Below are positions 11,159-21,353 of a DNA stretch of 64,000 bases, piece after piece; the stretch's first letter is position 1; each line of letters starts with the position of its first letter. The DNA comes from an uncultured Nitrososphaerota archaeon (lineage in GTDB: Archaea; Thermoproteota; Nitrososphaeria; Nitrososphaerales; Nitrosopumilaceae), in assembly GCA_963824385.1 (NCBI GenBank), contig CAWGPD010000004.1:96001-160000 (forward strand), in the 5' to 3' direction. Below the pieces are notes generated by a model, which saw only the letters and a list, made by a program, of their open reading frames with translations, did not search any database and was not told where the DNA came from. The position numbers and the translations under genes were made by a program.

Positions 11159-12601
11159 TCAATTGCGGAAATTTGTAAATGTGCATGTAGTTACTCCTTT
11201 AGGAACTGATACGGTGACTTCAGTTGTATTGGGCTGAGTATATCCGTTATTACAGCTAATACTCTGGAGGGTCCACCCAGGCGTAGGAGTTTCACCTACA
11301 GTATATTTTCCAGGATCTACAAAGAACACTCCAGAGCTTCCTGTTCCAGGGTTTCCAAGTTTTATAGATGTTGTAACTTGAATTTCAGAACTTGTCGTAT
11401 GACGTTCTGCATAAAAAAAGTCAAAAGGATACACATTTCCCAGGGTTATCCCAAGTTGGCTAGCTTGTGAATCCAAATTTATCGTACCTGCCGCTCCTGA
11501 ATGCACTCCTCCTAAATCTAAAGCAAGATGTTTGTTGATGAAGACCCAGACATCATCATCTCCCCAGAAATTAAAAGTCTCACCACCTTGATAGGTAAAT
11601 GAACTGTGTATCTCATATGTAAATCCAAAATTATGCCAGTTACCATTTGCATCCTGTCCACTGTTACCTAATAATTGATTATCAATTGGAAAGAACGACA
11701 TGTTGGAATATGACCATGTTTGCGGATTGGTATTTTGTGCAATCAATGTGATATTCAATTGTTTATGCATGTTAATAGTAGAATTATCATGAAACCACTG
11801 GTAAAACCATCTATACCCGTTGTTAAATGCAGAGGTGGTTTGATTGTTGTATACAGGTGTGCTATCATTACCAAGTATAGGCATGACAATGCCTGGAATT
11901 ACTCCAAACGGACAGGGACATACTTTTTCAAAATCAGGATCTGCGTAATGAGGAGCTGCTGAACCATTAACATCATGAATTGTTCCAGTTAGGACCAAAT
12001 TTCCATTTGCGTCAATATTGGCATTATTCTGGCTACCAGAAGTTGAGATGGAAAAACTACCCAAATCACCATAATAGCTAAAGTTGCCATCTGCTTGCCT
12101 TGCCACCTTATTTATTATCAACTGCCCATCAGCAGGGGTTCCAAGATGATGTGTAAAAATTGAGCCACGGTTAGTAATTAATGAGATATCAAGTGGGTCT
12201 CCTGCCCAATTATAATTTAGCAATTTGGAAAAAGTTGCACCAGGAGGAACCGCGGTTGAGGGAATTCTCAAATCTAATGGGTTTATTCCTTTAATTGCTA
12301 TCTCGGTAACATTGAGACCGTCAATACCCGTGTTAATAAAAGTGACATTGAGTTGCTTTTGTGCAGAATTATACCATTCATTTTGTGGAGTGATTGATTC
12401 TTTAATTTTATTGATGTTAGTAGAATAAGTATCATCTATGATACTTTCATTTTTATTTAGATTGTCTTTGGCCCATGAAACACCAATGATACCTATTAGT
12501 GAAAGCCCCGCAAGCAGAATCACTCCACTAATTACTGTTGACACTCCTCTTTTGTATAGATTGAAACAACTAAACGGATCATGCCTATTCCTTTTTCTCA
12601 T
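11159..12601 (-). CDS. Minor pilin/adhesin with fibro-slime (PA14-related) domain
   Basis: KRG|VSTVISGVILL signal. Fibro-slime signature HNFGFTYEIH...FWGDDDVWVFINKHLALDLGGVH...FYAERHT. Confidence 0.85.
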   Translation of the reverse strand: MRKRNRHDPFSCFNLYKRGVSTVISGVILLAGLSLIGIIGVSWAKDNLNKNESIIDDTYSTNINKIKESITPQNEWYNSAQKQLNVTFINTGIDGLNVTEIAIKGINPLDLRIPSTAVPPGATFSKLLNYNWAGDPLDISLITNRGSIFTHHLGTPADGQLIINKVARQADGNFSYYGDLGSFSISTSGSQNNANIDANGNLVLTGTIHDVNGSAAPHYADPDFEKVCPCPFGVIPGIVMPILGNDSTPVYNNQTTSAFNNGYRWFYQWFHDNSTINMHKQLNITLIAQNTNPQTWSYSNMSFFPIDNQLLGNSGQDANGNWHNFGFTYEIHSSFTYQGGETFNFWGDDDVWVFINKHLALDLGGVHSGAAGTINLDSQASQLGITLGNVYPFDFFYAERHTTSSEIQVTTSIKLGNPGTGSSGVFFVDPGKYTVGETPTPGWTLQSISCNNGYTQPNTTEVTVSVPKGVTTCTFTNFRN

Positions 12602-12714
12602 ATGTACAATGCGTGATTATCTTAATGGAGGATAATTAACAAGTGTCCGTATTGGAATATGACATATTTCATCCTAAGACAGTGCAAACATTTTTTTATT
12701 TTGCAAATTTATTA

Positions 12715-13203
12715 TCATGGAGATACATCATCCGTAATGACTGAACCTCGTGCAGTAGTTACTATTATGCTCAATGGAATTTTACTTGTCCAGCCAAAAG
12801 ATATCTTTGTAGAATTTGTTTGTTGAGCAGGGATGTTTCCATGTGTAATAGGAACATCTAACACATATGTAGAATTCTCAATTTTGATATCTGTAATAGT
12901 TATACCTGTAGAGCCAACGTTATACAGTGTAACATTAACGAATTTTGATGGAGTGATGCCAAACCAGGCATTTTCCATTACCAAATTTTCAGAAAACTGA
13001 TTTACATTTGTGGTATAAAGCGCAGTTGTAACTGATTTGGATATTGAAAAGCTACCGCTAGACCACATGACTACCGCTGAGCCAAGAATAACAGTGGTTA
13101 CAAGAAGTATCATTCCAGTAACTATCGAACTTAGTGCTCTATGACTATGAAAATTCCTCATTCGTAAATTTTTGATCATTTGGCTGCTAATATTGAGTGG
13201 CAT
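12715..13203 (-). CDS. Minor type IV pilin
   Basis: HRA|LSSIVTGMILLVTTVILG signal; C-terminal VTTARGS motif shared with neighbouring pilins. True start may be the ATG near 13161. Confidence 0.8.
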   Translation of the reverse strand: MPLNISSQMIKNLRMRNFHSHRALSSIVTGMILLVTTVILGSAVVMWSSGSFSISKSVTTALYTTNVNQFSENLVMENAWFGITPSKFVNVTLYNVGSTGITITDIKIENSTYVLDVPITHGNIPAQQTNSTKISFGWTSKIPLSIIVTTARGSVITDDVSP

Positions 13204-13426
13204 GTCTCGTCTAAAACTAACTAGTTGTTCAGAAATAATTTTTAGTAGTGAAGTTACTGGAAATAGAAAAGAACTTTCTGAAAAGAAAGATTTTGACAGT
13301 CAAAATACTTGAGATGATTTTGCATGAAGAATCAAAGATTTATTCCAAACATGAGTAATTCAAACCATATTGATAGTGTAACTTACAGATACATGCACAC
13401 CTTTTTGATACAAAAGTACTAATTTT

Positions 13427-13921
13427 TTGCATATGTCTGTACCAGACAATACAAATCAAGATGCGTTAGCATTAGCAGTAAAATCCATGGATGATCTTGT
13501 TGATGAGGCCATCCAGATTTATGAACTAGACAATGAAAAAACCAATTTAACTGATGAATTATACAATTCTTTAAGAACAATAACTAGTTACCTAGGATTT
13601 TCAATCGATGTTGAACCCGCATTATTGAATTTACCGCAAGATACAAGAATAATTCTCATGCCATCACTTGATTTACTTATCATAAAATCTAATTTTAAAT
13701 CAGAACAGAAAAGATTGGACCAGCTTAGTTTAGACGAAATATCAAATATTCTTAAAATGATCATTCCAAACATGATACACATGGCAAGATCAGATAGGAT
13801 TTTAAAGAATCAAAAAATTGTGTTTGTGCGGGAAGCTACAAAGAGACTAAAACGACTTCCAGGTTCAAATACAGAAGACATGATTGTCAATGACACTGCG
13901 TTACACATGGAAGGAGTATAA
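13427..13921 (+). CDS. Hypothetical protein
   Basis: 164-aa ORF, operon-like spacing with the next gene. Confidence 0.7.
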   Translation: MHMSVPDNTNQDALALAVKSMDDLVDEAIQIYELDNEKTNLTDELYNSLRTITSYLGFSIDVEPALLNLPQDTRIILMPSLDLLIIKSNFKSEQKRLDQLSLDEISNILKMIIPNMIHMARSDRILKNQKIVFVREATKRLKRLPGSNTEDMIVNDTALHMEGV

Positions 13922-13926
13922 TAGAC

Positions 13927-14463
13927 TTGAATGAGGAAGTTACGCATTTTCACTCAATTGAAGAGCTTCAATCACACCTTGGAAATCATCTAAAGATACT
14001 AAAGAAAAAATCAGAGGAATATTCAGAAGCAATAGGAGAGAAGATTAGGTTTGAAAATACAACAAATGATTCCACAGAGATTGCAGAACTTAATGCAAAA
14101 CTAGAAGGCACTACAGATCAAAAAAAGAAAAAAACAATAAAGAAAAGAGATCAAAAGTCTAATTGGTACGAATTAGGTCCAATTTCAGTCTATGATGGGA
14201 TAGGAACAAAAGGTGAGCTAGAAATTTATTTCAAGGCATTGGAGAAGGTAAAATCAAAAGTAGAAAAAATGGAGAAGATCAAAGGTGCAATAGATAACCT
14301 GATTTCCAAGGGGGTCAAAAGAGAGATTGGCTGTATTGTATTTCTAAATCAGGACTTTACACTTCAGATATGTTTTGTTAAGACAGGACGACCAAAGACC
14401 AAATTCTCATACAAGTCAATCTTTACCATTCCTAGTGAAATTATTCATGAAATCAAAATTTGA
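13927..14463 (+). CDS. Hypothetical coiled-coil protein
   Basis: 178-aa ORF; a GGAG Shine-Dalgarno-like sequence lies upstream. Confidence 0.7.
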   Translation: MNEEVTHFHSIEELQSHLGNHLKILKKKSEEYSEAIGEKIRFENTTNDSTEIAELNAKLEGTTDQKKKKTIKKRDQKSNWYELGPISVYDGIGTKGELEIYFKALEKVKSKVEKMEKIKGAIDNLISKGVKREIGCIVFLNQDFTLQICFVKTGRPKTKFSYKSIFTIPSEIIHEIKI

Positions 14464-14712
14464 TATTAGTACCAATATAATTGAAACAAATTCAATAATA
14501 GATAAATTAAATAAATTTCATACTATGCAAGATAGAATAATTCTTCTGTTAGAATAATTAGGTTTCCGGTCACTTTGATTTTAAAAATCTCAAGACATGA
14601 TTAAGAAAATGTGACGCCGTGTGACGTAACATGCTTCATATCATTTAAAGAAGTAAAAAAAGGAGACATACTTAATGAAATCAAAAATTTTTAGAACTAT
14701 GAGGAGAATATA

Positions 14713-15585
14713 ATGGATCCTCATTTAGAAATGAAAAATGATGTATTATCACCATCAATCTTTGATGCAGATTCTAGTTCTGTCATATATGAACAAAAAA
14801 TTACATGCGACAAACTAAAAACTGAACTTGCCAAATTTGGGCTCACCTCAAATCAAAGCAAGGTCTACATCTATCTGGGCAAATATGGCTCAAATACAGC
14901 ACCAGAAGTATGTAAGGCATTAAAGATGCCAAGAACTGAAACATATCATCTTTTAACCACTTTACAAAACAAAGGACTAGTATCGGCAACATTTCAGCAC
15001 CCTACTAGATTCTCTGCAGAGCCATTGAATAAGGCAATATGGGTCCTTGTTAACGCAGAAAAAGAACGGGTCAATACTTTAGAAAGTCAAGAAGGTGAGA
15101 TCAAGAAATTGTGGGATTCTATTCCAGAATTTAATGCAATTCAAGAAACAAGGGAGGACAAATTCCAAATGCTTCAAGGCGCCAACCAGATTAACAGTAA
15201 GATAAAAGAAATGATCAAAAGTGCAAACAGTGAGTTTCTCATACTAGGTGCAGAAAAAGACTTTTTGAAGTTCTATCATGCGAATCATCTTGAAAACTTT
15301 GAAAATTCAAAGATTAATTTTAAATTATTATCCTCTATTTCTGATAACGTACTATACATTTTTGATGACCTTGACAGTTCAAAAATCAAAAAAATTCCAT
15401 CAGGCGTACATGACAGTCTCTGTTTTATGATCAAAGATGGTAAGGAAATAATCCATTTTATTAAAAATGCAAACCAGACATCACAAGAAATGAATGCCAT
15501 GTGGACAGATTCAGAAACATTGGTTTATTCAATGAAGATGCTTTTTGATTCATTTTGGTTTATAGCTAAAAACATACATCAGTAA
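14713..15585 (+). CDS. TrmB-family transcriptional regulator
   Basis: N-terminal wHTH (FGLTSNQSKVYIYL...PRTETYHLLTTLQNKGLV) plus PLD-like effector domain. Confidence 0.9.
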   Translation: MDPHLEMKNDVLSPSIFDADSSSVIYEQKITCDKLKTELAKFGLTSNQSKVYIYLGKYGSNTAPEVCKALKMPRTETYHLLTTLQNKGLVSATFQHPTRFSAEPLNKAIWVLVNAEKERVNTLESQEGEIKKLWDSIPEFNAIQETREDKFQMLQGANQINSKIKEMIKSANSEFLILGAEKDFLKFYHANHLENFENSKINFKLLSSISDNVLYIFDDLDSSKIKKIPSGVHDSLCFMIKDGKEIIHFIKNANQTSQEMNAMWTDSETLVYSMKMLFDSFWFIAKNIHQ

Positions 15586-15587
15586 AC

Positions 15588-16328
15588 CTATGGCATCATT
15601 CGTGGATACATAATCTGAATACCCATTTCATTTAATTTTATTGGAAATATCTGTTCACTGTGTTTTGAGCCGCGCATTTTGAGAACTTGGATTGTTCGTT
15701 CCATTGAGTAATCTTTTCGCGCATGATATAACAATATAACACCTGATGACACATACCATTCAACAGGAGATTTTTCTGACGCGTCTACTTCTGAAATAAG
15801 TATAGACATACAGTGTTGATCTTCTAATGCATAAACCAGTCCTTGAAGACCCTGTCGGATATAGAAATTATTCACATATTGCATAGCAAGAACTGTGAGC
15901 GAGTCGATTACAACACGTTTTGCGCCTATTCTTTTGATGCTGCTGAGTATAAGCTGGGTGAGATGCATGAATGGAAGAGGTTCTCCCTGGTAAAGAGACT
16001 CGTCTAATGCAATAAAGCCCTCTTTTTTCTTGAAAGGTCTTGCATCAATAATTATCATCTGTCCTTCATCGATTAATTTTTGAACGTCCCACCCAAATGA
16101 TTTAAAGTCATTTTTTATTTCTGTGGGACTTTGTGAGAGAGTTACAAATATCCCAGGCTCGTCAAAATCTTTTGCTCCAGAATATAGAAATTGCATTCCA
16201 AATGTGGTCTTTCCACTACCAGGAGGTCCAGATAATGCAATTGACTTTCCTTGTCTAAATCCTCCTGATAATACAGTATCAAATCCAGGAATTCCTGTCC
16301 TAACTGTAATTACTTCCTCATCCATCAT
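15588..16328 (-). CDS. KaiC/RAD55-family single-domain ATPase
   Basis: TGIPGFD, GPPGSGKT, RVVIDSLT, KMRGSKH. Confidence 0.92.
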   Translation of the reverse strand: MMDEEVITVRTGIPGFDTVLSGGFRQGKSIALSGPPGSGKTTFGMQFLYSGAKDFDEPGIFVTLSQSPTEIKNDFKSFGWDVQKLIDEGQMIIIDARPFKKKEGFIALDESLYQGEPLPFMHLTQLILSSIKRIGAKRVVIDSLTVLAMQYVNNFYIRQGLQGLVYALEDQHCMSILISEVDASEKSPVEWYVSSGVILLYHARKDYSMERTIQVLKMRGSKHSEQIFPIKLNEMGIQIMYPRMMP

Positions 16329-16460
16329 GTGAAAATCTAGAAAATTGTATTTAAAGAGGTGGAAGATTTAACAAATAACAGAATGTAACATGGAAAAATA
16401 ACCAGACATGAACGCCATGTTATACTAGATAACTATTTTTAAAACAGATTGTGCAACAGC

Positions 16461-17615
16461 ATGATGACCAAAATTCTGGGCATAATTGGCGGGGGGCAGC
16501 TTGGAATGATGCTTGTAGAGGCTGCAAAAAAGATGCCAGAATACATCTCAGATGTAATAGTACTTGACCCAACTACAGAATGCCCCGCAGCTAAAGTAGG
16601 AGCCAAACAAATTGTAGCAGATTTCAAAGACAAGAATGCCATAGTTGAACTATCACTCCAATCAGATATCATAACTTATGAAATAGAATCCGGAGACAGT
16701 AAAGTGTTAGAATCATTACATGACGAAGTTTCGATCAACCCATCTCCTACTACTCTTAAAATAATTCAAGACAAGTATCTTCAAAAACAATTCTTAAGTC
16801 AAAACAACATACCTGTTGCAGAGTTTGAGAAGATTGAATCATTAGAGGATCTTGAGAAAAAAATCACTAAATTTCAATATCCTGCATTACTAAAGGCAAG
16901 ACGTGATGCCTATGATGGAAGAGGTAACTTTAGAATCGAAGATCACTCACAAATAGGAATTGGATATCAGCGTTTTCTTGGACGAGAGACCATGATAGAA
17001 AAATTTGTAGATTTTAAGATGGAAGTATCAGTCATAGCAGCAAGAAACATTCACGGCGAGATTGCCACATATCCGCTTGTGGAAAATATTCATAAAGACA
17101 ACATACTTGAATTTACAATTGCCCCTGCACGAGTTAGTGACAAGATTACATCAGAGGCAGACAATATTGCAAAAAAAACAATGGAAGTGTTACACGGTGC
17201 AGGAGTATTTGGAATTGAGATGTTTGTAACTAAAGATGACAAAGTATTGATTAATGAAATTGCTCCGAGAGTACACAATTCGGGTCACCATACTCTCCAA
17301 TCAACGGAAACATCACAGTTTGAACAGCATCTACGGGCAATACTTGGATTACCACTTGGAAGTACTAGATTAAAACACAATACAGTTATGTGTAACATTT
17401 TAGGACCAAGTGATTTTGTTGGAAGATATAAGGAAATCACACTTGAACAAAAAGAAGGAGTGTATCTGAAGATGTATCATAAAGATGAAGCAAAACCTCA
17501 GAGAAAGTTAGGTCATTTTAATGTCGTAGATGAAAAAGACACAAAAAATATCCAACTTTTAATTAAAAGGGCTCAAGAAATAAGAAACACCATCAAGTTC
17601 ATACCTCAAAATTGA
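16461..17615 (+). CDS. purK: N5-carboxyaminoimidazole ribonucleotide synthase
   Basis: GIIGGGQLG, YDGRGN, NEIAPRVHNSGH, RKLGH. Confidence 0.95.
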   Translation: MMTKILGIIGGGQLGMMLVEAAKKMPEYISDVIVLDPTTECPAAKVGAKQIVADFKDKNAIVELSLQSDIITYEIESGDSKVLESLHDEVSINPSPTTLKIIQDKYLQKQFLSQNNIPVAEFEKIESLEDLEKKITKFQYPALLKARRDAYDGRGNFRIEDHSQIGIGYQRFLGRETMIEKFVDFKMEVSVIAARNIHGEIATYPLVENIHKDNILEFTIAPARVSDKITSEADNIAKKTMEVLHGAGVFGIEMFVTKDDKVLINEIAPRVHNSGHHTLQSTETSQFEQHLRAILGLPLGSTRLKHNTVMCNILGPSDFVGRYKEITLEQKEGVYLKMYHKDEAKPQRKLGHFNVVDEKDTKNIQLLIKRAQEIRNTIKFIPQN

Positions 17616-17618
17616 GAC

Positions 17619-18179
17619 TTACTTTTTAACCAGAGCAAAAATTCCGCCTGCACCATATGCAACTGCAATCATAATTCTCGATGTGATTACTGCGGTTGTT
17701 TGATTAGAGATTAGCGAAGTATCAAGCAGTATTGCCAGAGGTATTGCTGCAAGAGATATTGTACCTACGATGATTTGTTCTGTATTTACAAGCCCGCTAT
17801 ATTTTCTCATAAATAGAAATGTCGAGGTATTACCAAGACCAATACCAAATAGAATCAAGTACTGATAAAAATGAGGAGCAATTCCTATAGCTGCAAATGG
17901 TGCCGCCCAGCACATGCCATTAATAGCTTTTACCATACGAGGCCATTTTACACTATTTTTCATCCTTCCCTTGATAGAAGAAAGCATCGTTCTGAATTTT
18001 CCAATAATAATTCCAAATGTTACCGCAAAACTACCAAACCAGATTATGGCATAGTAGAAAATTGGAACCTTATGCTCAAAGGCAATTTCACTTAGGATCG
18101 ATGCAGAGCCAACTGCTATTGCCACGCCTACAAATAAGACTCCAAATGCGCGTCTTGTTTCCAAAGGAGATTTTTGCAT
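17619..18179 (-). CDS. Hypothetical multi-pass membrane protein
   Basis: About 6 hydrophobic segments. Confidence 0.7.
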   Translation of the reverse strand: MQKSPLETRRAFGVLFVGVAIAVGSASILSEIAFEHKVPIFYYAIIWFGSFAVTFGIIIGKFRTMLSSIKGRMKNSVKWPRMVKAINGMCWAAPFAAIGIAPHFYQYLILFGIGLGNTSTFLFMRKYSGLVNTEQIIVGTISLAAIPLAILLDTSLISNQTTAVITSRIMIAVAYGAGGIFALVKK

Positions 18180-18293
18180 ACCTAGACTTCAAATCCATCT
18201 CAGATATAATTTAAGAGTATGAATTTGATTAATTGAAAAATAACAGATACAAAACGCTGAGTTTAATTATTTAATTCAGGTTTGTTTTATTCT

Positions 18294-18866
18294 ATGACTT
18301 ATTCAAAAAAACCTCTTGTTGGAATCATAATGGGATCTAGCTCTGACAGCAAAGTAATGCATTCTGCTGCCACAGTATTAGATGAATTTGGAATAAAACA
18401 TGAAGATCAGATTGTTTCTGCACATAGAACGCCAACCAGATTATCAGATTATGCAAAACATGCTGAAAGTGAAGGATTCAAGGTGATAATTGCAGGAGCA
18501 GGAGGTTCAGCCCATCTTCCAGGCATGATTGCATCTCATACTACAATTCCAGTAATAGGAGTTCCAATAATGGTATACAATGATAAAGGAAACTCGGACA
18601 AGTTCAAGTTTTCAGCATTTGGTGGGCTAGATGCCTTACTATCAATATCAGAGATGCCAACAGGCTCACCAGTTGTGGCAGTGGGGGTAAACAAGGCGGC
18701 AAATGCAGGATTATATGCAATAAAGATTTTAGCAAATGAGTTTCCAGAATTGAAAAATAATCTAAAAAAACACAAAGAAATTCAACACAAATCAGTTTTG
18801 AAAGAATCTGATGAAATGAAAAAACTTGGTCTGGCAAGATTTGCAAGTAAGAAATTCAAAAAATAA
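18294..18866 (+). CDS. purE: N5-CAIR mutase
   Basis: IIMGSSSD, SAHRTP, AGAGGSAHLPGM. Confidence 0.96.
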   Translation: MTYSKKPLVGIIMGSSSDSKVMHSAATVLDEFGIKHEDQIVSAHRTPTRLSDYAKHAESEGFKVIIAGAGGSAHLPGMIASHTTIPVIGVPIMVYNDKGNSDKFKFSAFGGLDALLSISEMPTGSPVVAVGVNKAANAGLYAIKILANEFPELKNNLKKHKEIQHKSVLKESDEMKKLGLARFASKKFKK

Positions 18867-18905
18867 CTTAACATTAATTTATGACACTCCAAATAGAAGT
18901 ACATC

Positions 18906-19445
18906 TTGGAATTAAGTGAAATCATATATTCTGCAATCTCAGATTATGGAGAGCAGCGAATACTCTCAGATATAGTTCAAGGCGAAAGCCCAGATGTCAT
19001 AAAAGTCATTTTTGAGCATTGCATTTCAAATCTTGAAAAAATCGAGCCGGTTAAATCAGATACTTTTGGTTCAGTCGCAGAAGGCTTGTTGCATTACATG
19101 TTAACAGTATCCCTAATTCAAAGTCAGCGAAAGACTTTGTTCCAGTCTGTTGATATAGATATTGCAGTTCCAGATACTAGGACATTATCAGTCTCACCAC
19201 AGGATGTAATTGTGGTGTATTTTCCAAAAACAGATAATGCCGATAATATAAAATCTCAAATTGAAAAAATCAAAAAAATTCAACCAAACTCAAATAATAT
19301 TTGGGTAGTGCTTGAAAACAATGTACCAGTAGAGGCAAAGATCTATACTCTAAAAGATTCCATGACATTTGCAAACATAATAAACGACCTGATTAGTTTT
19401 TCATCTAACAAAAAACAGTCCAAGTTAAAGATTTTCAAGATATAA
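18906..19445 (+). CDS. Hypothetical protein
   Basis: 179-aa ORF with TTG start. Confidence 0.65.
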   Translation: MELSEIIYSAISDYGEQRILSDIVQGESPDVIKVIFEHCISNLEKIEPVKSDTFGSVAEGLLHYMLTVSLIQSQRKTLFQSVDIDIAVPDTRTLSVSPQDVIVVYFPKTDNADNIKSQIEKIKKIQPNSNNIWVVLENNVPVEAKIYTLKDSMTFANIINDLISFSSNKKQSKLKIFKI

Positions 19446-20128
19446 GAGATTTCAAATCAATATTTTTTTGAACGTTTGATATCATCATCTCAATATTCTG
19501 ATAATCTTTTACAAATGGCAATATCCCTAGAATCTGAATTTGTGTAATTTCGTATAAAGTTGAAGGAGAGTTTTTCTCTGCGGTGCCGCCTTTTTCATCA
19601 TAATTATTAACAATGATTCCTTTTATTGAAATTTTATAATCACGGCAGGTATTTACGGTCATCATTGTATGATTTAGAGTGCCCAATGTGGATCTGGTAA
19701 TAATTATAGTTTCAAGATCCATGTCTTTTATCAAATCTGCTACAAAATAACCTTGGGACAGAGGAGTCATTATTCCTCCAATGCCTTCTACAAACAACAT
19801 TTCATGTTTGTTCTTTAATTTCTTAAATTTTTCAAAAATTATATCTCTATCAAATTTAATCTCAAGTATTTTACTTGCATCATACGGAGAAGATGGTAAC
19901 GGCATAAAGACAGGATTTACAAGATCTTCAGCATCATCAACCCCACAGGCGTGGCATAAAACAGATACATCATGTGACTTGAAACCACTTTTTTGTGGAA
20001 TTCCGGTTGCCACAGGTTTCATAACTCCCACATCTACTCCAAGTTTTTTTATAGACGCAGACTAATGCAGCGGTAATTACAGTCTTGCCAACTCCAGTAT
20101 CAGTTCCAGTTATGAAATAGGATTTCAC
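19435..20128 (-). CDS. bioD: Dethiobiotin synthetase; frameshift near 20060
   Basis: GTG start gives MKSYFITGTDTGVGKT; downstream frame has MKPVATG, VEGIGG, LGTLNHT. Confidence 0.93.
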
Positions 20129-20218
20129 AAAATATAGTCACTAATGTTGTTTAATAATCCACCCTTAACGCAGAATTTTCTAATAACTATTTTGTACTAG
20201 CAATGTATTTCATATAAT

Positions 20219-20338
20219 ATGACTGAAAAATGCCAATGCGCCGAATGTCATTGTATCTCGCAACTTTTTACAGCAGATAAGGATGGAAAATACATCTGTT
20301 CTATTTGCAGACTAGGAAAACACCAACATAAAGACTAG
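20219..20338 (+). CDS. 39-aa Cys-rich putative zinc-binding microprotein
   Basis: MTEKCQCAECHCISQLFTADKDGKYICSICRLGKHQHKD; stop lies 1 nt before the KTSC ATG. Confidence 0.65.
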   Translation: MTEKCQCAECHCISQLFTADKDGKYICSICRLGKHQHKD

Positions 20339-20339
20339 C

Positions 20340-20552
20340 ATGGAAAGAATACGAGTCAAGTCAAGTAACATAAGATCAGTAGGATATGACGAATCTGCAC
20401 AAATATTAGAAATTGAGTTCCAACAAGGGGGAACTTATCGATACTTTGGAGTATCAAAGAAAATCTATGATAATTTGATAAAATCAGTATTATCACATGG
20501 AGAATATTATGAGAGATTCATCAAGAACAGATATAGACGTGAGAAGATTTAA
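20340..20552 (+). CDS. KTSC-domain protein
   Basis: VKSSNIRSVGYD...LEIEF..GGTYRY..V...SHGEYY...IK signature. Confidence 0.9.
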   Translation: MERIRVKSSNIRSVGYDESAQILEIEFQQGGTYRYFGVSKKIYDNLIKSVLSHGEYYERFIKNRYRREKI

Positions 20553-20559
20553 CGGCCAG

Positions 20560-20796
20560 TCATTTTTTTTTCTTTTGCGGAGTATATTTTTTTGGCTGCA
20601 ATTCCTCAAGTATGTCTTGAATATACACATAATCAGATTCAATACTGTCTCTAAGTAATTTTATAAGATTTTGAAAGGTTTCAGGCTTTCCGTCTTTGAA
20701 ATCCTGTTCATATTTTGAAATAAGTTCCTGAGATATTTTCTTTTTTGGACGATTGGCCAATCTTTCCAACATTTCAATAGCTCTTTTCATTGTCAT
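20560..20796 (-). CDS. Small hypothetical protein
   Basis: 78-aa ORF convergent with KTSC. Confidence 0.55.
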   Translation of the reverse strand: MTMKRAIEMLERLANRPKKKISQELISKYEQDFKDGKPETFQNLIKLLRDSIESDYVYIQDILEELQPKKYTPQKKKK

Positions 20797-21174
20797 GTGT
20801 AATCTTTTCCCTATCAGGCATCATTAAGATCTAATATTTTTTTCATTACATCATCTCTTTTGTCAAAATTGGTTTTCTTTTCAAAGTATAACTCACTATC
20901 ACATTTGTTTTGTTCTGAAATTAATTCATGCAATAGTGCGACAAGATCTTGTTTATTCACAATATCTTTTTCTCATTACTCCATCTAAACTCATCGATAA
21001 ATGATGTTTTCTAGACAACGATAGAATGTACACAACTTAAGTATGTCAAACAACAGCCATCATCATCAATGAATCTAACGATATGCCGTAATCATAAAAT
21101 TAAGAATAGAAAGACGGGTCAGAATTGAAAAGCATAATCAAAGTAAACAAGAACATTCTTGGAAAAAGGGTAAA

Positions 21175-21333
21175 ATGACAGAAAATAACAATGAACTGAC
21201 ATTAGAAGAAATGAAACAAATTATAGAGAAACATGTCAAAATAGATGGATTGAGTGTTCAAGGCATTCGCATAATTTATGAAGACATAAAGACACGTCAG
21301 GCAATTAAAAAACCCGAAGAAGATCAACATTAG
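21175..21333 (+). CDS. Small hypothetical protein (52 aa)
   Basis: MTENNNELTLEEMKQIIEKHVKIDGLSVQGIRIIYEDIKTRQAIKKPEEDQH. Confidence 0.5.
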   Translation: MTENNNELTLEEMKQIIEKHVKIDGLSVQGIRIIYEDIKTRQAIKKPEEDQH

Positions 21334-21353
21334 GAGAATTTGGAGGTTTAGAA

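Noticed and set aside
2122..13203. Archaellum (motility) operon
   Set aside because: No recognisable FlaF/FlaG or chemotaxis genes, and the subunits look like pilins/adhesins; not formally excluded without phylogeny.
15588..16328. Circadian clock
   Set aside because: Single-domain KaiC-like ATPase with no KaiA/KaiB; common in archaea.
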